Of a stretch of 64,000 nt of DNA, positions 28,701-37,772 are shown piece after piece. This DNA comes from Tubiluchus corallicola (taxonomy: Eukaryota; Animalia; Priapulida): NCBI GenBank assembly GCA_030141605.1, contig JAQGDQ010000082.1:620001-684000 (forward strand). Direction: 5' to 3'. Numbering within the stretch: the first letter of the stretch is position 1; the number at the start of each line of letters is the position of its first letter. The notes beneath the pieces are model-generated. The model saw nothing but the letters and a program-made list of their open reading frames with translations. It searched no databases and was not told the DNA's origin. The translations under genes and the position numbers were made by a program.

Positions 28701-29459
28701 TGCGGCCACTAGGTTGCACCACAGGCCTCTAATTGGTGCCAAAATTTCACTTTTCCGCAGTAATTAACGAAAGTCAAGCAAATGTATGCTACAGCTCGTA
28801 CTTCAAAACATTCCTAACTGATGGTTTTAAAGTATATAGCGTTACTATACTTTGCACAGTAATACAGGCATATGCAGGTATTATATAGCATACATACACT
28901 TGCCTTCTGGCGTTAGGTGACAGATGCATGTATGTAGGTAAAATATTGTCTACGAAGTAAGAAGGAAGGTAAAGACAGTTAAGGAGCCAAGCTGGCAGTA
29001 AAATTAATGACCTGCCACGAAGCTAAACTGTAATGGCTTATCGTACTCTGTGCAATTAAATTACTAAAGGGGCAATAAACTAATTCCGACCTATAGGGAG
29101 CTAAGACAACTCAGTCTTATTGATACTTAAGACAGGAAGTGCCTGACTTATTGTAGACAAGCTGATAAACAAAGCAAATTTTTAGGAACAGCACAGCAAG
29201 TTAAGATTTCTGACATTCCGTCAGAAATGAAACGACCTGCGTGATCTTTCTTCCCACGTATTTTTGAAAAGGCGCTTAGAAATGTAAATCAGTTCTAAAA
29301 AAGCAGTTTAAAAGCAGTTTAATTAGTGACAAAGCATACCTGCACAGCACTGTTGAGGAAGCAATTATTCTCTCCTGGATGATTGGTCAGTCCCTTGGTG
29401 TTAGTAATGGACATCCGACACCGGCGAGAATATTGAGGAGGCACTTGAACAGCAGCCAT
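263..29459 (-). CDS. USP54: USP53/USP54-family (echinus-like) ubiquitin-specific protease, whole spliced CDS in window; 3'-partial. join(29340-29459,5910-6002,4980-5114,4294-4407,3842-3924,3401-3503,3003-3155,2631-2783,2363-2516,1974-2142,263-1710)
   Basis: Eleven exons with GT-AG boundaries and consistent phases give 2725 nt (908 codons + 1 nt). Motifs [80 protein letters not shown] and [11 protein letters not shown] match the USP53/USP54 catalytic domain. GKHYSTFF and the C-terminal helical segment (EADSLLEQS...[10 protein letters not shown]) are closer to USP54. Probably the single invertebrate co-ortholog of USP53/54. Confidence 0.93.
1974..2142 (-). CDS. USP54: USP54-like coding exon 10 ([10 protein letters not shown]...RAEGSY)
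   Basis: cttttttcctgaaag| acceptor, AG|gtaagt donor, 169 nt open, phases 1/2 fit both neighbours. Confidence 0.8.
2363..2516 (-). CDS. USP54: USP54-like coding exon 9 ([26 protein letters not shown]...)
   Basis: tttacag| acceptor; G|gtaggt donor chosen because its phase (1) matches the next exon; end of the catalytic domain. Confidence 0.88.
2631..2783 (-). CDS. USP54: USP54-like coding exon 8 (His/Asp box: [16 protein letters not shown]...[11 protein letters not shown])
   Basis: ttctctag| acceptor, GAG|gtaaat donor, 153 nt. Confidence 0.93.
3003..3155 (-). CDS. USP54: USP54-like coding exon 7 ([28 protein letters not shown]...IRLPD)
   Basis: tttttcag| acceptor, GAC|gtaagt donor, 153 nt; family motif IRR.L.NCP.I..IGL.W.S. 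Confidence 0.91.
3401..3503 (-). CDS. USP54: USP54-like coding exon 6 (AESRVIE...[18 protein letters not shown])
   Basis: tttttatag| acceptor, CCT|gtaagt donor, 103 nt, phase 2/0. Confidence 0.9.
3842..3924 (-). CDS. USP54: USP54-like coding exon 5 ([27 protein letters not shown])
   Basis: ctttcacag| acceptor, GC|gtatgt donor, 83 nt, phase 0/2; CxxC motif. Confidence 0.9.
4294..4407 (-). CDS. USP54: USP54-like coding exon 4 ([12 protein letters not shown]...[14 protein letters not shown])
   Basis: tttatag| acceptor, CAG|gtaag donor, 114 nt; family motifs ENML.R.HFHI and C..HQKF.M. Confidence 0.92.
4980..5114 (-). CDS. USP54: USP54-like coding exon 3 (MLFTQFQ...[13 protein letters not shown])
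   Basis: gtttttcacag| acceptor, |gtaagt donor, 135 nt; conserved [15 protein letters not shown]. Confidence 0.93.
5204..5373. repeat. Near-perfect inverted repeat (71-bp arms, 28-nt loop); foldback/MITE-like
   Basis: 5204-5274 is the reverse complement of 5303-5373 with one mismatch. Confidence 0.92.
5910..6002 (-). CDS. USP54: USP54-like coding exon 2 ([31 protein letters not shown])
   Basis: tttatttcag| acceptor, AAG|gtagtc donor, 93 nt, phase 0/0; strong family match; not in the ORF track. Confidence 0.92.
6598..6655 (-). mobile_element. Degenerate tRNA-derived SINE head
   Basis: Minus strand gcgcGGTCTAATGGtcatggtgctggacttgtaatc...GGTTCAAATTC gives A- and B-box-like spacing without a cloverleaf. 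Confidence 0.45.
11410..11752 (-). mobile_element. hAT-type MITE, full-length degenerate copy with 8-bp TSD
   Basis: Right end taatccggcactg (reverse complement CAGTGCCGGATTA), left end cagagtttgatt; flanks gttccctg (11402-11409) and gttccttg (11753-11760); homologous over about 300 bp to 63496-63835 in opposite orientation. Confidence 0.75.
13850..13906 (-). mobile_element. Degenerate tRNA-derived SINE head
   Basis: Minus strand GTGGCGGAGTGATTTAG...ggactt...GAGTTCG is A/B-box-like and shares ggactt with the 6.6-kb copy. Confidence 0.35.
17174..17267. repeat. Tandem duplication, 2 x 47 bp
   Basis: tgtatatacctaattctgt...ttgtgt.ttgga at 17174 and 17221. Confidence 0.85.
29340..29459 (-). CDS. 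USP54: USP54-like first coding exon (Cys box)
   Basis: ATG at 29459 (ACAATGG) reads MAAVQ...[19 protein letters not shown], then donor CAG|GTATG. Acceptor ttttgttttatacag at 29525-29526. An in-frame TGA upstream (29514-29516) shows the exon starts with 5' UTR. Confidence 0.88.
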
Positions 29460-31790
29460 TGTGAATTCACGGAATCTTCTGAATATCAAAAATTTCACAG
29501 CATTCAATTTATTTCATGGCCACCCTGTATAAAACAAAAAAGACTTGTCATTGAAGTCAGTGCTTAGGATCTGCAAAGTAACTCACGTAAGGAAATCTTG
29601 TATGTTACCTGATTTATATATTTTAGTAGACATTAAAGTGAAAACCACAGATGCATAGTCACCTGACCACATCACCTATAACAACGTAATGCTTGTTCTA
29701 AATGGAGTTCCATTTTTTCAGATTCAATTCTACAGGTAATCCATTGTTGCAGTTCCACAAAACACCTTTCAATAAGTTAAATTAAAATGTCACGTAGGTA
29801 TAGGCTGTTAATCACGTGTCACCTTACCAGAAAATCAAGAACGATTGTGCACAAGCTAGTCTTTATAAAAACAAGGCTGATAAATAGGCTTACTGAAGCC
29901 TTTAAATTAATTTTTAAAAACTTTGGTTTTTGCATAAGAATGATGACATAAAACTACATCAGTATTAGAACTGTCACATTGCAAGAGCAAAACTGGGTAG
30001 ATGGGTTTAATAAAAGAAAATTCTTATGTGGACGCAGGTTTTTAACGCAATAAAATCATGATAATATAAGGCGAAAGTAAAAACGCGAGCAATCGCATGT
30101 AGAATTGTGCAAAGTCAATCTTAACTTGATTATAAGTTTTTTTAAAACCCATCTATTACATTATTACAGATGAAGTTCAATGAACACCAGTGCATAATAT
30201 AGCCTAATTATCACTTGCACAATTCTAACCTGTTGTAGACTTCTATGTCCCTTTAGCTTTAGCTGTCGATAATGACAGCAATTTCTCCGAGACGCCCAAC
30301 AATTTAAAACAGCGCCACAAAGCGGGGAAAGTTTAAATAATAAACACGCACTGCGTTTATAAGCACAATAGCTTATTCACAACTCTCCAATTACAATACC
30401 CAAGGCTTATTCAGTTCAGGCACTATTACGTAAAAGCGCTCTATGAACTTTTCAAATTCGATTGAACTACAACGTCGGGTTGAGCAACAAGTTTAGAAAT
30501 GTGTTACAAGGTAGTTCAAAAGTCAAAGAAATTTTATTAACTTTCATTAACAAAGGCAGAATGGCTAGTTCATTGAAATGCAAATTTTACAACTGTTGAA
30601 ATGTTTACTGTTTCTCAACTTTAAAAAGCTTGAAGTAGGAACGCACGCAGGACGAAACTGTATAGTCAATTCTTTAAATTCAGTGTGTCTTAATAATGAC
30701 AAGTGAAAATTAAATAGCAGAAATTTTTTACAGCAAAATAAGCTGCTCAACACAATTACGAAATATACCTTTTAGCACTAAAACTTTTTGATACTCGTAG
30801 TAGTAGACTATGTAGCAGCTCAAGACTTAAGTTGAGCATCTATAGGTTCAACTTGAAAAAAATGAAACTGAACGAATTCGCTTTTACAAACTCGCTTTTT
30901 GTTATCAATATAAAGTGATCCATTGTTATGATTAAATATGCAGTTAGGTTACAATCAATATGCAGAGCAAAAGCTAGCAATTTCACCTGCGCTACGCATT
31001 GTGTACAAATATCGTCGCCGTTGTCATAGCAACCACCAGGTGATTCACCTACATGAGCTACTTGAAAGCTACAATACGCTCTCGGACGCAGGAGCGACTT
31101 TTTTACTCGATGCGCAGACGCCGAGATTAGGCCAACATTCATCCAGGTAAAAATTCAATTCAATTAAGCACTAAACACGCAAAGTAACATTTTTTCATTA
31201 TAATCTCGTTTCAACATTTCGCCTCGTATTCTTTCTGTAATCTGGTTTTCGCGTTTCGCCAACTTTCTCGTTAATAACGTAATTATCGTGAACTCTGACG
31301 TTAATAATTCTTGAAATCGAGAACCTGTCAGATTAAGTTACCAGTAAGAAGTAATAAAGATACATTATTGTCAGAATTTAACTGGTACTGCGACTGTGTT
31401 AATGTCAAAAGTTGGAATTTAAAATGACCCATATTTGATTATTTGTATAAGTGCAAGTGATTAGAAGAATCATTCATTTTAACCATAAACGCACAAAAAA
31501 TTGTAACTTCACATGTTTTGCAATCAGTGAAACACCGTGCTACGTTATCATAGTAAACTTCAGCACAAAAACATGCATTACTAGTTCCATGCAAACATGG
31601 AACCAGTAAGTAAATGGCTGGTGGTCACGGGTAACTGGATAAGAACTGAGAAATTTCTATCTGGATGAGTTAACTACACAGCATCCTCGAGTATAGCTTT
31701 CTAATATTATATGAGAGCTAAAAAAATTATTCTAAGGAGGGTTCAACAGTTGTTATGAAACTTGGAAATAAAACGCGTTTTATTAAGCGC

Positions 31791-31989
31791 ACAAAATAGA
31801 GTACCAAGTGACTTGAATGGGGCGATAGCAATGCCAACATACGTAATCCTAAGTTACACTGAGACAAGGGCATCAGCATGATTACTACTACAAAACAAAG
31901 TACCAGGTGACTTGCATAGGGCGATAGCAGTGCCAACAACGGTAATCCCAGTTACACTGAGACAAGAACATCAGAATGATTACCACTAC
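31791..31989. repeat. Tandem duplication, 2 x about 99 bp
   Basis: agtacca.gtgacttg.at.gggcgatagca.tgccaaca...gtaatcc...agttacactgagacaag..catcag.atgattac.actac occurs twice. Confidence 0.9.
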
Positions 31990-34300
31990 CTCGTTACGCC
32001 TCCCTTACATCCTTTTACACGGGAAATTTGAATAATAACGGTAGATGCACACTTGGACAATTGCACACCTAACCATTCGCAGCGTGCAGAACAATAGCGC
32101 AAGTTATGCAAGGCAAGGTGGGCTGATCAGTGTACACTACGGTTATAATTATCTTTTTCCCCAAATCCTAAATTAGAAACTTTTCAGGCAATTTCGAGAA
32201 ATCAAGAACAAAGGAACTGGACTGGTGACACATATCTAGTCCCACAGCGGGAACAGAAAGTTAGATTAGTCTATAAGGGAGATATTCTGTCTCACTCGAT
32301 TCGAAATACTCTTTTTTCTGAGGTTTACTTGGTGGTAATAATAATTCTGAAAACGATTAATTCAGCTCATGATCAGGCCACCTAATTTCAAGCCAAGATT
32401 TTCTCATTCTTAATCAAAATATGAACAGCCATATCTCACAACAAAAATGAGTGGCACGTCCTTGGTCACTATTCTTTAAGAACCTCGATTCTCGATAACT
32501 ACGAATAATTTGCAAAATGAAAAAATCTCTGACCAGCAAGTCTCCCGTTGCAGCTGCACAGTTCTAATCGCGCACAGGTGTGATTTGGCACAACGTCAAG
32601 CTCCCGATGGGTGAAAATGCAAACAATCCCATAAAGTTTCGGGAGGTTAAACTGCACAAGAGATTTGCTTAACACACTTGACGGTACTTAGTATTAGAGT
32701 ACAAACAAACGCAATGGGTTCCAACCTTGAAAATTCGAAACTATGTCAGTGGACTAAGCCTAATTTCACCACTAGGACCGCCATACTAGATCCATCGCAA
32801 CCCCCACATACTATATAGAGTGTAAAAATAAAAAGTATTGTGAGTCGTAAAAAGTATATTCACAAACTTTAAGTCAAAACAAATGAAGATGCAGTACGCC
32901 CATTATTTGATACAATAATACAAATTATAGGAGGAGAAATATTTGAGTTAGCCTTAATTCAAAATCATCCATTTTAATTTCTTAAGTACAGATAAAACAA
33001 AATTGCACTTCGCAGAAGCCATTATGATCCTTAAGTGAACAGAGCACTGGAGCAAAGCAGCATGCAAAGGTCAAAACGGTCCTAAGTACTTGCACACATA
33101 TATATCTATATATACGAACATAAATAAGTCACTTGAAGCACAGACAGTTCTAGAAATGACAACAAATTTTAAGTATTGCTGTCTCGATGGATTCAGAGGT
33201 TTAATAGTTTTAAATGATAACGAAACTAAATGTGTTCTATAATTGTTTTTTTCGGACAGAATGATATTAACCTTGTAGCGCCAGGCATGTGTAAACGAAA
33301 AGCAGTATATACGTTACACTAATTAACTCGTCCTTCAAAAAAACACTAAGCCTCGTACAATACTGAATACATGAACACAAAATTATCCACGAATGGTTTA
33401 ATGAGAATTACTCAAGGTATTTTCAACTCATGCAACATCTTTTTCAGACCGTTCTACTGTTGGTTAATGGCGCTGAATGGCAGGAAGTAACCATGAAAAC
33501 AAACAATGACTCAAATTGTAAACAAGATTCATGAGCACAGATGTACACGGAAGTTAACCAATTAAAAAGGGGGTTTCCTTTCATTTTTATTAAAATCACT
33601 GCCATGCATGTAAGAACACTCGAACTACCATGTAGCATCCAACCGTCCCCTGTCTAATGTAGTTTCTCTTTTAGCAAAAGTCTCTACTGAGTGTATATGT
33701 AAGTGTAGTAAAGCAAATTTTTGTAGCATCTCATCAACAAGAAAACAAATGTACAGTTGTACATTGTACAATCTGTATATTATAATGATCTATACCATGC
33801 ATGTATAATGTTGTTCACGGGACATGTTTAGGGGACACAATTTTCTATTAAGTGACCGTTTGATCTTACTAGGAGTACTATCTGCACAACAAGCTAGGTA
33901 AAAATTTGTCTTTGGAATACTACTAATAATGCAGATAAAGTATACCGCATATCCTCCATACAGTGGATCAGCCACTAACCATCAGATCAGCTCTGAAAAT
34001 CTTTCTCATTGAGTGGCCATTATGGTCACGTATAAACTTGTAAAAGGATTTCAGCGCTAGCTAGCCAAGTGCAAAATAGAGTTTGACAGCTAGTTAGAGA
34101 ACAAATCAACCAAACTCACAGAAAGGTTTGTAGAAAAATTCTAGTTAACAAAAAGGATAAACGATTGGTATGGACAGTAATCTAGGTCGCTCGTACAATC
34201 ACGCATTACGCGAACAAAAAACTTCCGATCCTTTCTTAGAAGCACAATTATTATTGTACAATAAATATTACAGCTTTACAAATTTTATACCAGCTCCTAC

Positions 34301-34460
34301 GGTGACCAGTAATAAAGCCACAGGGAAAAAAAGTCACGGAAAAAATCGCAATTTTGGCTAAAAAAGGTCACAACTGGCTAGGATTAGGGTTAGGGTTAGA
34401 GTTCATGTTAGGACTTTTTCCTGTGTCTTTCTTCCTGTGACTTTTTTACATGAATTCACT
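34301..34460. mobile_element. Short non-autonomous DNA transposon with repeated AAAAGTCAC/GTGACTTTT subterminal motifs and internal TTAGGG repeats
   Basis: Left aaagccac/aaaagtcac/aaaggtcac, centre ttagggttagggttag, right gacttttt/gtgactttttt; (t)cctac direct repeat on both flanks (34295-34300, 34460-34465). Confidence 0.65.
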
Positions 34461-37440
34461 CCTACAGTATGTTTCTTATACATGGATACGTATTTTTAAG
34501 TCAAAATTAAAGCACAGTTATCGCACTATTGCACTAGAAATTGCCTACGTGTTCCCCTAAGTTGGCCACATGTATATCCAAGTTGTTGTACACAAATACA
34601 TAGCCATAAACGCTACTTCCAAGTCATAAAATTATTAGACATTGCTACTAGGCGACGCATATGTACACAGCCTTTACGGTACGATACACACCTAAATGCA
34701 AACTGTGAAGATATCAGATAAAAAATTTCATTCGTCGGAAAATTTTAAAACATGCTTAGAATTAGCTAAGCGTGTCATATAAGTAATAAAAATATTATAG
34801 TTTGATTATGGCAGAACATTATGTAATAATTTGGTGAATAATTTTACAAGGTTACATAATTTGTTTGAGCAGCATCAACGCCATAAGCTATTAAATGGAT
34901 TAACCTGTAACTACGAGAAGAGAAAATATGTATGAATGTGTGTTTCTAGTGTATCAATAGGTTTTAGAAAGGTAAAGTAGATCAGTAAAAAACAAAAAGA
35001 AAGGAAAACGATTTTTAGAAATACATAAATTATTTATTCGTTTATTGTTTTATTTATTCATTCTTGTGTTCGTTTGTTCGTTCATTTATACATTCATTTA
35101 TAATAAATTATTTATATTCATTTATAAAAGTGATTTTGACTTGAAGAAATTTGTAGAAAGAAATACAGTGTAAAAATGAAATAGTTTGATAGTCTCCTAG
35201 TATGCTTGCAGCTGCATGTAAATCAGTTACAGAATCTATGTAACCACGGTGTATGCACTTTTCTTTCCTGTTCAATTTTCACCATTGTACCTTTACATGA
35301 CTAAGAAGGGAGGCAGGACAAAAGAAGCCACGTCTCGCACGTGTTCAGGTGAGTGAAATTACACACATGCTGATTCATTAGAAGAAAACGGTGCACAACG
35401 ATTCCCACACGTGCAAGGGGAGTACATTACTTAATTATATACGACAGGACTGCATGGGGTGTGCCAGATCAGTGATTTTACCGACTAAGTTAATTAATAA
35501 TCCCACAGAACAGCATGTATAGTAAAAATCATAATTGCGCTGAGGTCCTGTACCATAGTAACATCACCTATATAGCGAATATAAAATAGTTTAATAACGT
35601 AGTAAAACTTATTACAGGTCTAAATACAGGTACAAAAGTGCATCAAGGTTTCAAGTTAGATTAAATTATCTAGCAGATTGGAGCTATGAAAGAAAACCTG
35701 GTACCTGGTTAGAACTATTTGATTTGCATTTGCTTTTTTAATAACCAAAACTAGTTATCTCTTCCTAAACTGTTTAGACTAGCTAAAGAAAAATACTGAG
35801 TTGAATGGTTCTTTGTTAAGTCTAGATGTCTTGCATGAGATTTAAAACATTAATGCTTGTAATTATGCTTCTCTACAGGGGCTCAGAAAATCTTTGCATC
35901 CTACCCCACGTGACCTAGCTGCTGTTAGTCACGTGACAAGGCTTTGTCTTGGCATAATTGGAAGCTGATTTGAATGGAAACAGGTAAGGCTGGCTAATGC
36001 ATACGCTGAAGACTAGATTTTCAGGTAGAGAGAGTATCTGCTGGAAGTGGATAGAGTCTAGTATCGTGGAAAATCGTGAAGAACGAAGCACATGAAATGA
36101 CTGACATCTTTGGCAATGAGGAAATTTTCAAATTATTTAAAAAAATTATAAGATAAGAATAGCAATATGCATTTAATTATCAGTTAAATCAAAACAAAAT
36201 GTACGTTTTTAAATAACATTATTTCAAGCAAACTAAGATGACACGGAACCGTACTAACAGTCACCATATTTATATATCTAATAGATATTTTAACCTGCAT
36301 TATATGTAGGAATGCCCTTAGGTAGAAATTCTATACATTCTTGCGGTCTTTGTTGAAGATATGATTGTATTGTTCTGCACTTATATGAAATTTTTACACA
36401 TTGTGCCCTCAAACCGGGTCATTCGGGTCACCTACTCCTATGTTGCAGTCAATATTCTTGCCTCGTGGCTGTTGTTTTATTCATCAGGTAAGACAATTGG
36501 ACGTTCTGAAAGGACAGGGTTAAAGTCAATAACACCTGCGAATCCAGGCCACCACCAAAGGTCAGTGACACGGGCTGGACATTGCAGGACAATGATGTAA
36601 TACCTATAATGATGAAGTGGATTAAAACGCTATAATGAGCTTAATGAGAACAATTAACACCTGTCCTGCAATTGTCATAAACAAGTTGAGGTTAGGCGCA
36701 AATTATTCATCAGGATCATTTGCCAACCTTAAATACAACGTATTCGGTTTGTTTGTTTGGTTGGTTATTCGTTCGTTGGTTTATTCAATCATTCACTCGT
36801 TTGTTTAACAGTATGTATGTCTATTTGTTGGCTTCGTTCTTTTGTTATTTCACTGAATCTAATTCATCTTTTCAAGCGTGTTTAAAGATCATGTGAGTTA
36901 TCCCATAATAAACTTCAAAGCACACACAAATGTCACAACATGCAAGTTTAGTCGTCACGTTACTTTAAACAACATATAAAGCTACAAATTAGATGTCAAT
37001 AGTTTATAAGAATTTATCACTTATTAGATTCACTGTTCATGTGCGTATTGACTCAGTGGTTCAATTCAATATTAGCCAAATCTTTACAATAGTAATCACT
37101 TTATTTGCCACTGAGTTACAAGTACTACGTCAACCTGTGTGTGTCTTTCCCTCACTGCGTGTAACCCTTCGTGCTTTTCGGAAAAGCCACAATTTCCATT
37201 TCCTGAGCTATCGATATGGTATGAATCAATTAAGTGCATGACTCATCGCAACAGGTAAATGAATATCCTAGTGTGTGACGACGGTGAGTACTACAAGCCT
37301 AAATTCAGCCACAACTGACGTGATAATTGCCACTTCAGCAGGGAAATAAGCACTGCTGTTATAACGCATAAACTACTTAGGTGTGCATGAACTATCAGCG
37401 CATTCGGACTAATAGTTGAGCGTATTTACCAAAAGCACGA

Positions 37441-37772
37441 AAGAAAGAGGGCGAGAGAGAGAAAAAGAGAGAGAAGGAAAGGCAGAGAGGGAGAGGGAGT
37501 ATGAGAGAAAAGAGTCTGGGGAAAGAAAGGGAAAGGAAAAGGAAAAGAGAGAAACGGAGAGAGAGGTCTAAGTAATAGTTAAAAAGAGAGGCACAAAAAT
37601 CAAATAGAAGAGGCAGAAGAAAGAGACAAGGGGAAAGGAAAAGACAGAAAGAGAGAGGGAGATCTGAGTAATAGTTAAAAAGAGAGGCACAAATCAATCA
37701 ATGGAAGAGGCAGAAAGATGGAAGTGGCACACTATTAATATATGAGTTGAAATGCCACACTATTAATATATG
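37441..37772. repeat. Polypurine (GA) tract with internal tandem duplication, followed by a 17-bp direct repeat
   Basis: gtaatagttaaaaagagaggcacaaa...gaagaggcagaa twice (about 37572 and 37667); cacactattaatatatg twice (37728, 37756). Confidence 0.85.

Noticed and set aside
14737-34066. Shared 16-mer GATTTCAGCGCTAGCT at about 14737 and 34047
   Set aside because: One such match is near chance expectation in 64 kb and the flanks do not align.
37395-37697. 100-aa Leu/Phe/Ser-rich 'membrane protein' ORF
   Set aside because: Translation of the CT-rich strand of a polypurine repeat.
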